Of a DNA stretch of 64,000 bases, positions 18,324-26,685 are shown piece by piece. Location: the IMG/VR virus record IMGVR_UViG_3300018080_000098, positions 285,794 to 349,793 of that record; one strand, given 5' to 3'. Made by a program: the position numbers and the translations under genes. Each line of letters starts with the position of its first letter. The stretch's first letter is position 1. The notes under the pieces were generated by a model that made no database searches, was not told the DNA's origin, and saw only the letters and a list, made by a program, of their open reading frames with translations.

Positions 18324-19741
18324 GTAGAGAGGCAGTCAGGCGGACAATTGTTCATCGTTTCTCCCATATCGCACGAACCGTCACCGCAATTCTGAGCACA
18401 ATCGAGGCTACAGTTGCTATACGCTTCCCCATAACCAACTGCACAGATACCATCACCGCAGCTTCCGGGGCAATCCTGCTGGCAGGTCACCCAGGTTTCT
18501 GCGCCATCGCAAAGATTGTTTCCGCAGACACCAGCACCGCAATCAGCTGGGCAGCTACCCGCGTCCTCTCCATGAATAGCCAGGCACAATCCGTCACCGC
18601 AACTGGTGCCACAATCCATAGGACAGCTAATAGGGCCTTCGCTGCCTTCGCAAGTGCCGTTGCCGCAGACGTTGGGGGGACAGTCGAAGGAGCAGTTTAG
18701 AGAATTCTCCCCGAGAGAGATCTCGCAGGTACCGTTGCCACACAGCCCGGGTCCGCAATCCTGTGGGCAGCTTTGTACATCCTCAGTGGGTTCGCACAAG
18801 CTGTTACCGCAAACGTAGGTGGTTGGGCAGTCCTGCGGGCACGATATGGCGTTGTCGGCAAAGTTGGGATCGCAGACACCGTCACCGCAGATGGGCCACG
18901 TACAGTCTTCTCGGCACGCATCCGGTGTGGTGTCGCTATTGAAGACGCCGTTGTCGCACGCCTCGCCAGTTTCTTGAATGCCGTTACCGCAGACGGGGCT
19001 AGTGGGCTCGGTTTCGCAGACGGCGTTACAACCGTCCCCGTCGACGGTGTTTCCGTCGTCGCACTCTTCCCCAGTGTCCTGGACGCCGTCGCCACAGTAG
19101 GCCACCAAGCAATTCAGCCGACAAGCGTCGGGCTCGGTATCGGAGTTGTCGACTCCGTCGTCGCACTCTTCACCCGGTTCTTGAACTCCGTTACCGCAGA
19201 AGGGGTCGGTAGGTTCGGTTTCGCAGATGGAGCTACACCCGTCCCCGTCGACGGTGTTACCGTCGTCGCACTCTTCCCCGGTATCTTGGACACCGTCCCC
19301 GCAGAAGGGGACCTCGCAATCGAGGCGACATGCGTCGGGTTGCGAGTTGGAGTTGCTGGAGCCGTCGTCGCAGGCTTCCCCGACCTCTTGGATACCGTTG
19401 CCGCAGACGGGGTCCGCCTCCGTTTCGCAGGTACCGGAGCAACCGTCTCCGCTGGTGCTGTTGCCGTCGTCGCACTCTTCTCCGGTGTCCTGCACACCGT
19501 CTCCGCAGTAGAAGACGGTGCAGTCGAGGCGACACGCGTCCGGTTCCGTATCGGAGTTAGCCGCGCCGTCGTCGCACTCCTCGCCCCAGTTCTGAACTCC
19601 GTCCCCGCACTCTCCTGGGTTGTCGTTCTGGTTTATGTTGTTGGCGTTGGTGCCAGCGTCGTTACCGTTCGTGAAGGTGTCTCCACTCGTACCACAGGCA
19701 GCCAGCATCAGTACCATTAGCAGTGCAAAAATTCGTTCCAT
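18257..19741 (-). CDS. Myxobacterial-type cysteine-rich repeat lipoprotein (DUF4215/myxo_disulf_rpt-like)
   Basis: Start moved to ATG 19741 (GGAGG RBS); lipobox LAA/C; repeated CGDGVQDTGEECDDGN...DGC and CGNGxC...E...SCPxDC units. Confidence 0.85.
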   Translation of the reverse strand: MERIFALLMVLMLAACGTSGDTFTNGNDAGTNANNINQNDNPGECGDGVQNWGEECDDGAANSDTEPDACRLDCTVFYCGDGVQDTGEECDDGNSTSGDGCSGTCETEADPVCGNGIQEVGEACDDGSSNSNSQPDACRLDCEVPFCGDGVQDTGEECDDGNTVDGDGCSSICETEPTDPFCGNGVQEPGEECDDGVDNSDTEPDACRLNCLVAYCGDGVQDTGEECDDGNTVDGDGCNAVCETEPTSPVCGNGIQETGEACDNGVFNSDTTPDACREDCTWPICGDGVCDPNFADNAISCPQDCPTTYVCGNSLCEPTEDVQSCPQDCGPGLCGNGTCEISLGENSLNCSFDCPPNVCGNGTCEGSEGPISCPMDCGTSCGDGLCLAIHGEDAGSCPADCGAGVCGNNLCDGAETWVTCQQDCPGSCGDGICAVGYGEAYSNCSLDCAQNCGDGSCDMGETMNNCPPDCLSTCGNGICDGLEVYAICPMDCYP

Positions 19742-19797
19742 GGTAAAATCCTCCCAAAAAATCAATGTCCCCAGTATTGACGATGTCAAGAAAGATG

Positions 19798-20292
19798 TCA
19801 AGAAAATTGTGGTGAGGTTGCACGAGTAATGAGCCAAAGAAGCATATACACTTCCTCGCTTCTATCGAGTTCCACGGAGAATTGTTTCTTGTTGTCAGCG
19901 TACGCACCGAAAACGCGCTCATCCGGAAAACCCTCGAAGTATACACCATGAATGGATTCTTCCGCATATTTCCCGAAAAGATCGTGAAAATCCACGTCGA
20001 TTTCCACTGGTGAGTCAACCGACACTTTGTAGTCGTGAAAATTGTCGCGAATAGTGAAAACGACCCCTCCTGGGGTACGTAGTTCCACGACGGGTAGTCT
20101 AATAGACTTAGAAGTGTGGGTGCTGATTACTATAGGCTTCAGTGTCTTATACACCTTATAATCTGCGCCTGGGGGACAAACTGCCCACGTCAAACGGTGG
20201 AAGAAGTCGAATTGCACGTGTGCAGCTTTCTTCCACACCATTTCATCTGCAGGAACATTCTCCTTGCACCACTCTTCGAGCGTAATGGTCAT
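19798..20292 (-). CDS. Hypothetical phage protein
   Basis: Start moved to ATG 20292 (MTITLEEW); GGAGG RBS supplied by the pentamer tract. Confidence 0.7.
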   Translation of the reverse strand: MTITLEEWCKENVPADEMVWKKAAHVQFDFFHRLTWAVCPPGADYKVYKTLKPIVISTHTSKSIRLPVVELRTPGGVVFTIRDNFHDYKVSVDSPVEIDVDFHDLFGKYAEESIHGVYFEGFPDERVFGAYADNKKQFSVELDRSEEVYMLLWLITRATSPQFS

Positions 20293-20297
20293 CGTAA

Positions 20298-20377
20298 CCT
20301 CCTTGGATTGCCTTACCAGGCGTGGCCAAGCCAAGCCATACCGTGCTCCACGGTACCAAGCACCACGCAGCCACGCC
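20298..20377 (-). repeat. 5-nt periodic (N)GY-NN tract T1, candidate guide RNA directly 3' of the RAMP-like gene
   Basis: Minus strand: GGCgt GGCtg CGTgg TGCtt GGTac CGTgg AGCac GGTat GGCtt GGCtt GGCca CGCct GGTaa GGCaa TCCaa GGAgg; first 14 units all NGY. Confidence 0.9.
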
Positions 20378-20386
20378 CGGTAAAAT

Positions 20387-20974
20387 CTACGCCACCGCTT
20401 CAGCGTCGTCCTCGACCACCTCCCATCCAGTCACCTGGAACTTCCCGAAGGTTCCCTTCTTCGTAGGCCGGTAGTCGCCCAGCCCCACACGCTTCCCCGC
20501 AGCCTCCACGATGTCGTGAATGAGGTTTACATCGAACACATCCTCGTCCACCTCGAGCGTGAACTTCAGCTTCCACTTGTCCAGGCGTGCCCGGTGGCGC
20601 AGCACCGCACCCTTCGTGGAGGGATTCACCACCCGGCGGCTGTCCACCTCGAACTTCTTCGTGCCAAACGAGCACGTGAGCTCCTCTACCGTCACGCCTC
20701 CCGTGAGCAGCGTCCCACTCGTTGTGGTTACCTTGTTCTTTCCCAGCTTGAAGAACTTCCCGGCCTCGATGAGACACGCCAGGATGTTGGTCCCCGGGAA
20801 GTGGAGCATTCCCTTGTTGTCCATGTAGGCGCTCCGTTCCGCTTCCTCCCGTGGCGCGAGCTTCTTCTTGCGCGTCGGGCGGTGCCCCGCCGAGAGCTCC
20901 ATCTCCGCCGCGTCGGTGAACCGGTTCATGAGTAGGGGGGTTTTTCCTTCGATTTGCACTTTCACAATGGCCAT
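20387..20974 (-). CDS. Solitary Cas7/RAMP-like RNA-binding protein (Vipr-like)
   Basis: RAMP-like motifs: VQIEGKTPLLM, FPGTNILACL, and C-terminal G-rich loop GLGDYRPTKKGTFGKF; no other cas gene in window; pentamer tract immediately downstream. Confidence 0.75.
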   Translation of the reverse strand: MAIVKVQIEGKTPLLMNRFTDAAEMELSAGHRPTRKKKLAPREEAERSAYMDNKGMLHFPGTNILACLIEAGKFFKLGKNKVTTTSGTLLTGGVTVEELTCSFGTKKFEVDSRRVVNPSTKGAVLRHRARLDKWKLKFTLEVDEDVFDVNLIHDIVEAAGKRVGLGDYRPTKKGTFGKFQVTGWEVVEDDAEAVA

Positions 20975-21076
20975 GGCGTCTGTTCCTTTCTGTTCTGTGA
21001 TCTATTCCTCGCCTAACAATACCCCGTCCCAATGGCCACTAATCAAAGGGGACGGGCTTCGCGCAACATTGCGCGC

Positions 21077-21286
21077 CTAATCAATGCTTCTACTTCGCTG
21101 CCACGCGAAACAGCCCTCCGCGCCCACGCACCCCAGCCACAACACCCACACCCACCAGGGCAGCACAAACAATGCCAGGTAATCGTTGAACGCTACCGCT
21201 AACGCTACCAGGAAGAGCACCGGTCCCATTCCTAGCACGGCGACAGTAACGGTAAACACCCTAAATATTTTTATCAAGAAGGTCAC
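21077..21286 (-). CDS. Small membrane protein
   Basis: 69 aa, almost entirely hydrophobic. Confidence 0.55.
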   Translation of the reverse strand: MTFLIKIFRVFTVTVAVLGMGPVLFLVALAVAFNDYLALFVLPWWVWVLWLGCVGAEGCFAWQRSRSID

Positions 21287-22067
21287 CTGATGCCCAGAAA
21301 CCTGCGTCCTTCAAGATAGCTTCACACTCCTGCCGATAGCCCTTCTTGAGCTCGATTACGTTCACACCCGGGTGGCGCATCAACCACAAACCGAACACGG
21401 AATTGGTAGCCACAATAAACTGCACTTTCCCAGAGCACCCCTCACGCTGCACCCACTGCCACAACGGGAGTTTGGTAGGCCAGTCCAGAACAGCGTCAGG
21501 CTCGTCGAGAAGAACTGTTGGAGGCCCCTTTTCAATAACAGGCTCGAGCAGCTCTTGCGCCATCTTGATTCTGTGCGCCCATACGTCGTTCACGTTGTTC
21601 GGGGTAATTCTCCAATTGATGCTTTCTTCCTGCGAGCGCTGTACTAGACGCATAAAGCGTCCTGCAACCTGCTGCCCTGCAGATCCCTTGTCGGTTGCAT
21701 TTATGACACCCTCCATCCCAAAATCCCAATCGAATCCACCTCCCACTAGCCCCACTTGTACAGAAGGGTCAAAGTACATCACAGACTTTCCATCAGACTT
21801 GATGGACATGTTCTTCCTGGGGGTATTTCGGAAACCGAACCCAAAGAGCTCATCAATTGACTGCTGGGTAACTGTAGAAGTTCCTCCCTGTTCGCAGTGC
21901 GTGATCCGCGCCAGCGCTTTTATTACCGTGGACTTCCCCGACCCATTCGGGCCCCAGAGCACGTTGACACACGGCTCAAAGTTGAACGTACGCCGTTTAG
22001 GGAACGGTTTCGACCACCACGTAATGGGTGGCTTGTCTCGATTTATTACCTTCAGCTGCTCGATCAT
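21261..22067 (-). CDS. ABC/SMC-like ATPase (AAA_21-like)
   Basis: Walker A GPNGSGKS, degenerate signature SAGQQ, Walker B LLDEPD. Confidence 0.8.
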   Translation of the reverse strand: MIEQLKVINRDKPPITWWSKPFPKRRTFNFEPCVNVLWGPNGSGKSTVIKALARITHCEQGGTSTVTQQSIDELFGFGFRNTPRKNMSIKSDGKSVMYFDPSVQVGLVGGGFDWDFGMEGVINATDKGSAGQQVAGRFMRLVQRSQEESINWRITPNNVNDVWAHRIKMAQELLEPVIEKGPPTVLLDEPDAVLDWPTKLPLWQWVQREGCSGKVQFIVATNSVFGLWLMRHPGVNVIELKKGYRQECEAILKDAGFWASGDLLDKNI

Positions 22068-22876
22068 CAGTCCACCGCACAGTAGTATCCAGGCATCGGA
22101 CGCTGCAGGTTGCCCTTTTTAAGCTGACGCTGCAGGTACTTCGAGATGGCGTTGTTGGTGGGAATCGCTTTGCGGGGAACGCTCTTGTTTGCCTCCAAAA
22201 GCGCTCGCAAGTCCGTCACCGCGAGCATCTCGTACTCCGCTAGCAGCTTGTCCGCTGGGTCCATCCAAGCTGTCCGAGGCTTACCACCACGGACATTTTT
22301 CTTCCGCTTGGACGCGTTCTTACCGTTGCCCTTCTTCGCCCTAGCAACAGCTTTCTTCTCTACCTTTTTGTTCATGAACGGAGACTTGGCTCCATCCCGC
22401 CATCGGTAAGCGCCCTTCGCTACTTTGACAAGCTTCTTCTCCTTGGCAAGCTTGTCGATGTAGTACCACACCAACCCGTAAGTGATGTCATTGTACATGG
22501 GCGACAGCTCCATGGTCAGATAGGTGACAATGTCCACTACCGAGTGCGCTTTTTTGGTACTGAAGAACTTGCGCGCAATGGCTTTCTTCGCGTCCTTAAA
22601 AGAATGCTCAGGAGGAGATTGAGGACGTTTGACCGCTGCCTTCATCTTTTCTACCCGTTGCTTCCCCTCCTCGAGCTCCTCCATGTCTTTCAGCTTTTCC
22701 AGTGCTTGTGTTACTGCAGTGTACACGCCACCTGTTTTTACAAGCTCGCGCTGAGCCTGCTCAAGTATGCGCTTCTGCTCCACCATCAGTTTCTGGAGCT
22801 CCTCACTCTGCTTGATGAGGAGAGCCCTCGTGTGGACGATCGCTTCCGGTTCTGCTGCCTTCTTTTTTCGAGACAT
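22067..22876 (-). CDS. Coiled-coil protein with two winged-helix-like DNA-binding segments
   Basis: N-terminal coiled coil; LAKEKKLVKVAKGAYRW and LKKGNLQRPMPGYY resemble wHTH wings. Confidence 0.6.
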   Translation of the reverse strand: MSRKKKAAEPEAIVHTRALLIKQSEELQKLMVEQKRILEQAQRELVKTGGVYTAVTQALEKLKDMEELEEGKQRVEKMKAAVKRPQSPPEHSFKDAKKAIARKFFSTKKAHSVVDIVTYLTMELSPMYNDITYGLVWYYIDKLAKEKKLVKVAKGAYRWRDGAKSPFMNKKVEKKAVARAKKGNGKNASKRKKNVRGGKPRTAWMDPADKLLAEYEMLAVTDLRALLEANKSVPRKAIPTNNAISKYLQRQLKKGNLQRPMPGYYCAVD

Positions 22877-22905
22877 TAATAATCACCTCCGAGAATTGTT
22901 TCTCA

Positions 22906-22934
22906 GTGATACCAACCCCCACTTACGTTGTCAA
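22906..22934 (-). promoter_or_regulatory. sigma70-type promoter
   Basis: TTGACA-N17-TATCAC on minus strand upstream of 22876. Confidence 0.55.
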
Positions 22935-22953
22935 GAAAATAATAGGAGGGAAT

Positions 22954-23008
22954 AAGCCTTGCGTTGCACCGCCCAGGCTGACAGTGCTACGGTGCACCAT
23001 AGCGCACG
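22954..23008 (-). repeat. (N)GY-NN pentamer tract T2
   Basis: CGTgc GCTat GGTgc ACCgt AGCac TGTca GCCtg GGCgg TGCaa CGCaa GGCtt. Confidence 0.7.
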
Positions 23009-23011
23009 TGG

Positions 23012-24169
23012 CTACCGTTTCGCTACACGTTCCGTCTTTTCCCATACACGCCACCGAAGATGAACGCCGTCCACCATCTCCATCCGAGCCCAGTGTACCC
23101 GCTTTTTCGGACCTTCCTTCCAACCGGTGACCCACTCCTTCTCCGCTTTCTTGATCCACGTCGGCAGCGTCGGAGACATCGGACCCGTTTCTCCCTTCAG
23201 CCACACCAGGCACTGGTCTGCCGGGATGTGCTTCTGCACAGCCGTCGTCCAGAAGGAATACTCGGTGCAGCGAGTCAAGAAACGAAGCTGCTCGATGAAA
23301 CCGGTGAGACGGCTCTTCAACGACCGCGCAGCCTTGAAGTCCTCCTGCGTAGCCTCGTAAGGCGTGTACTCTCCCTCGAGCTCCACACCGTCCACTTTCG
23401 CCTCGAAGGCCCACACCTTGATAGCCTCGTCCTCACCTACCTTCTCACTCTTCGGCCACTCCGGCGGCTTAATGTCGAGCTCCTCCCGCAACCGCTTCAC
23501 CTCCGCGCGCAAAAATCGAAGCTCGTCCTCCAACCGCGAAATAGCAGCCTTCGCCACCAGATAGTACACCCCGTAGAAAGAAGGCCACCGCATCGGGTGT
23601 ACCAGGTACTGGAACCGCAACTCGTTCGCCGCACCGCTCAGCTTCTCGAACACGTCGTTCGGCAAGCCCGTCGGCATGATGTCCACCGATTCCCAACCCT
23701 TGTACCACTTCCCCGTCACGTCCTGCAGCAGCATCGCCCGGTAAGCTCCCACCTCAGCATCCGTCGTCCCGTCTTCCTTGGTTTTCGCTTGGATAACATT
23801 CATATCCTCAATACGAATACCGAATGAGAATGCTGCTTTGTTGGAGGTGAGCCCACTCAAACGACCGTGCCGGTTCTCCTTCGACGTGACCCACTCACCC
23901 TCACGTTTCGTGGACGCGCGGCGCGATTGGTACTTTGGCAGATTCACTACCACCCGGTTCTCTACCAGCGGCGTGAGAAAAGCTGCCAGGTCCAGGTCGG
24001 TTACCGGAACACCATCCGGGTCTACCCAGGCTACTCCGGGCTTCCGCTTGTCGAGGTTGTACCCCCACGCATCCAGTAGCCGTTTGCAGAGGACGCGCAT
24101 GTCCTCCTGTCTGTTCTTGACGATGTCCAGGTCCCGAGCGTCGATTGTTTTTCTTTCTGACGTTACCAT
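23012..24169 (-). CDS. Hypothetical phage protein
   Basis: Start moved to ATG 24169 (MVTSERK; AGGAG RBS); the ORF-track extension runs through pentamer tracts. Confidence 0.75.
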   Translation of the reverse strand: MVTSERKTIDARDLDIVKNRQEDMRVLCKRLLDAWGYNLDKRKPGVAWVDPDGVPVTDLDLAAFLTPLVENRVVVNLPKYQSRRASTKREGEWVTSKENRHGRLSGLTSNKAAFSFGIRIEDMNVIQAKTKEDGTTDAEVGAYRAMLLQDVTGKWYKGWESVDIMPTGLPNDVFEKLSGAANELRFQYLVHPMRWPSFYGVYYLVAKAAISRLEDELRFLRAEVKRLREELDIKPPEWPKSEKVGEDEAIKVWAFEAKVDGVELEGEYTPYEATQEDFKAARSLKSRLTGFIEQLRFLTRCTEYSFWTTAVQKHIPADQCLVWLKGETGPMSPTLPTWIKKAEKEWVTGWKEGPKKRVHWARMEMVDGVHLRWRVWEKTERVAKR

Positions 24170-24189
24170 GTTCTCTGTCTCCTGTTGAC

Positions 24190-24249
24190 TATCCTTGCAA
24201 TGCCTTAGTGGGCATAGGCTCGCTTTGCCACTCCCAGCCTGAGCACACT
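24190..24249 (-). repeat. (N)GY-NN pentamer tract T3
   Basis: AGTgt GCTca GGCtg GGAgt GGCaa AGCga GCCta TGCcc ACTaa GGCat TGCaa GGAta. Confidence 0.7.
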
Positions 24250-24272
24250 TCGTATTACTATCTTTACAAGAT

Positions 24273-24377
24273 GAACCTTGGACTACGATACGCTGCCACG
24301 CATTAGACGCCATCGCAATATATTGCGCTACGATGCCTTGCACTACTTGGCGTCACCACACTCTGCAACACTCAACC
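24273..24377 (-). repeat. (N)GY-NN pentamer tract T4 (21 units, possibly two fused tracts)
   Basis: GGTtg AGTgt TGCag AGTgt GGTga CGCca AGTag TGCaa GGCat CGTag CGCaa TATat TGCga TGGcg TCTaa TGCgt GGCag CGTat CGTag TCCaa GGTtc. Confidence 0.8.
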
Positions 24378-24383
24378 AAGAAA

Positions 24384-24770
24384 CTACTCTTCTTCAATGC
24401 GCTCCGGCAAAGCGTACGTGTGCTGCGCCCAGATGTAAGGCTTCAGCAAACTGGCTACTCGTATGTACTCAGGATTTTCCTGCGCCCACTTTTTAGCTCG
24501 TTTGGTTGCCTGCTCGAAAATGCTTTGCGCTTGCCTGTATGTAAAAGTGAGTAGGACTTCGTCGTCACCATCGTGATCGATTGCTTTTTGTGCTTCCTCC
24601 AGAACAATTAAGCAATCCAGGCAGATAGGTGAAACCAGATACGCACCACTGAACTTGGTGGTACTTTCGTTGAAACGTCTGTCACATTGGGAACAAGTCA
24701 GACCGTTCACTGAAGGGAACCGTTGCTCTCGTGGGACCTCTTCCTTCCGTTCGTAGCTCCATTTGTACAT
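24384..24770 (-). CDS. Hypothetical protein with Zn-finger-like CxxC pairs
   Basis: CSQC...CLDC; RBS supplied by tract T5. Confidence 0.65.
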   Translation of the reverse strand: MYKWSYERKEEVPREQRFPSVNGLTCSQCDRRFNESTTKFSGAYLVSPICLDCLIVLEEAQKAIDHDGDDEVLLTFTYRQAQSIFEQATKRAKKWAQENPEYIRVASLLKPYIWAQHTYALPERIEEE

Positions 24771-24775
24771 AACAA

Positions 24776-24855
24776 ACTCCTTGCAGCGCTTTACTCCACT
24801 TCACACTAGCTAGCCACACACCGCCGAGCTCCACAGTACTTCGCCGGGCGACGCC
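24776..24855 (-). repeat. (N)GY-NN pentamer tract T5
   Basis: GGCgt CGCcc GGCga AGTac TGTgg AGCtc GGCgg TGTgt GGCta GCTag TGTga AGTgg AGTaa AGCgc TGCaa GGAgt. Confidence 0.85.
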
Positions 24856-24858
24856 AGG

Positions 24859-25146
24859 TCAGTCTTTCGACAACTCCAACGGAACACACGTGTCCACACA
24901 CTGCTCAAAGCACTTCTTGTGCTTCTGCAGCACCTTTTCTTTGTAGCGATCTTTCAGTACGGATTCGGTAGGGAGGTCGAAATAGTAAAGCGCACTGATC
25001 ACGACAGCCGAGCACAGGATTTCGAGGAAAATAACACGCCAGCCTATCCCGCCCTTCTCGCTGAACCAGTTGTTCAGCAGAGCTGAAAGCACGATTACGC
25101 CCATGCAGATACTGACACCCATCACGATGATTTCGTTGTGCGTCAA
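24859..25146 (-). CDS. Small two-TM membrane protein
   Basis: TTG start after GGAG; two hydrophobic helices. Confidence 0.6.
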   Translation of the reverse strand: MTHNEIIVMGVSICMGVIVLSALLNNWFSEKGGIGWRVIFLEILCSAVVISALYYFDLPTESVLKDRYKEKVLQKHKKCFEQCVDTCVPLELSKD

Positions 25147-25152
25147 AACAGA

Positions 25153-25221
25153 CTCCTTGCCTCACCGGTCCACGCTCCACCGAAGCTTGCCCCACGCAGC
25201 CCCGCCACTCCGGGCGATGCC
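25153..25221 (-). repeat. (N)GY-NN pentamer tract T6
   Basis: GGCat CGCcc GGAgt GGCgg GGCtg CGTgg GGCaa GCTtc GGTgg AGCgt GGAcc GGTga GGCaa GGAg. Confidence 0.8.
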
Positions 25222-25232
25222 TGGTGCGTTTA

Positions 25233-25302
25233 TTTCCTTGCCAAACCATACGTGACCATACCATTCCGCGGGTTGCGGTTCCGAGACGAGCGGCGCCACT
25301 CC
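25233..25302 (-). repeat. (N)GY-NN pentamer tract T7
   Basis: GGAgt GGCgc CGCtc GTCtc GGAac CGCaa CCCgc GGAat GGTat GGTca CGTat GGTtt GGCaa GGAaa. Confidence 0.75.
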
Positions 25303-25306
25303 GGGC

Positions 25307-25864
25307 CTAGTGATTGCTGATCCGCTTGTGGGGAAGGTTCTGGAAAACGTTTCCGTGCTCGAGTGTTGTGGACACGTCACCATCGTTGTCACTGTACGCG
25401 AACCGAAGGATAACCTTTCCTTCATTCTCCTCCAAAAATTTTCGCGCAGCTTCTTCTTGATTTGCATAGATTTCTTTTTCTTCTTCCTCGCGCGCTTTGT
25501 CCCTTTCGGGACCTTTTTCTTTGTACTTCTCCCAATAGTGCTTTCTGTACTGCCTACTGGTGTAGCACCCTGGTATTCCGGGGATCTCCTTTTCGATGTA
25601 GAACATGTCCCAGTACACGAGGTTGTGCAGATCGTCCGCGATGGTCTCGAGAGAGTAGGGAAGCTTGTGCAGCTGCGCTTGTATGTCATTCCACACGACT
25701 TGCGCGAGTGTTTTCGTGGGGACTGGGTCACCGTAAACATCCAGCTCTTGTGTGTCTCCAAACAGAAGCTCCTGCAGGGCGTCAGCACTTTCAGGGATCT
25801 CGTCGAACGCCACAATGAAAGAGGAGCTCGAGCTGTTACTCACGAATCCGTTACGAATTTTCAT
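25307..25864 (-). CDS. MKIRxGFVSNSSSSSF-motif protein 1
   Basis: Start moved to ATG 25864 (AGGAGG RBS); begins MKIRNGFVSNSSSSSF. Confidence 0.8.
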   Translation of the reverse strand: MKIRNGFVSNSSSSSFIVAFDEIPESADALQELLFGDTQELDVYGDPVPTKTLAQVVWNDIQAQLHKLPYSLETIADDLHNLVYWDMFYIEKEIPGIPGCYTSRQYRKHYWEKYKEKGPERDKAREEEEKEIYANQEEAARKFLEENEGKVILRFAYSDNDGDVSTTLEHGNVFQNLPHKRISNH

Positions 25865-26216
25865 TTTGGTCCTCCTTCTTTTTCGGCACCCAAAAGATTC
25901 CCACCCGCTCATACTCCACCCCTTCAGCTTCCTCTTTCGCGCGTTTCTCTGCACGCTTCTGTGCTCGTTTCGCAGCTTCTGCTTTAAGCTTTGCCGTTGT
26001 CTCTTGCGTGGCTTCCATCATACGCGCTGTAGCGTCTGTGAGTTTCTCTTCGTCGAGCGACATGAGGATGATCTGAATAATCTCGTCACGGCCTAGAACC
26101 TCTTCATTCGCTAAAGGTTCACAGCACCTAGGGCATCCGTAGGCCGCACCTGCATCTTTCGCTCTCTTTTTGAGCTCCTCGTCAGCGAACGCTTCGATAA
26201 GCTCAGGCCGCGTCAT
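25851..26216 (-). CDS. Hypothetical protein with CxxC and coiled coil
   Basis: Start moved to ATG 26216 (MTRPEL). Confidence 0.6.
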   Translation of the reverse strand: MTRPELIEAFADEELKKRAKDAGAAYGCPRCCEPLANEEVLGRDEIIQIILMSLDEEKLTDATARMMEATQETTAKLKAEAAKRAQKRAEKRAKEEAEGVEYERVGIFWVPKKKEDQNENS

Positions 26217-26288
26217 CGCTGGCTGCTCCTTGTTAGAAAGGCAGCGTCCGCACAATTTCAGAGGGAAAAAGTCAAACATAGAAACCTC

Positions 26289-26684
26289 CTAACCCATCCT
26301 CGTTCCCACGAACAGCTTGATGGGAGCTTCCTCTTTCGACAAGCCCAATCTCTCCCGAGCTTCCCCGGCCGACGCCAGCAGTTCTACCACATCGAACTCA
26401 TACTGGTCTGGAGGACTCGTGTCACTCCAACCAGCTACCTCGACACCAACCAAGTCTTTGCCGGGAGGAGCTCCGTTCTCCTCGTGATCACATACTGTGT
26501 ACTTCCCGTTGTGCATCAAGTCGTGGAACTCGTCCTCCCCCTCTTCAATGGAGTTCCAGGTGTGCACGTCGTAGAGGTGCTGTAGGTAATACTGCCACGA
26601 GAACTTCTCACGGGGTACCGTGAAGCCCATGATGACGAAGCTGCTGGTAGAACTGTTGCTTACGAAACCTGTGCGGATTTTCAT
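26289..26684 (-). CDS. MKIRxGFVSNSS-motif protein 2
   Basis: Begins MKIRTGFVSNSSTSSF. Confidence 0.8.
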   Translation of the reverse strand: MKIRTGFVSNSSTSSFVIMGFTVPREKFSWQYYLQHLYDVHTWNSIEEGEDEFHDLMHNGKYTVCDHEENGAPPGKDLVGVEVAGWSDTSPPDQYEFDVVELLASAGEARERLGLSKEEAPIKLFVGTRMG

Positions 26685-26685
26685 C

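Noticed and set aside
20975-21060. Short GGTat TGTta GGCga GGAat run and 8-bp hairpin upstream of the RAMP gene
   Set aside because: Only four units, within chance; not counted as a tract, though it could be an autoregulatory remnant.
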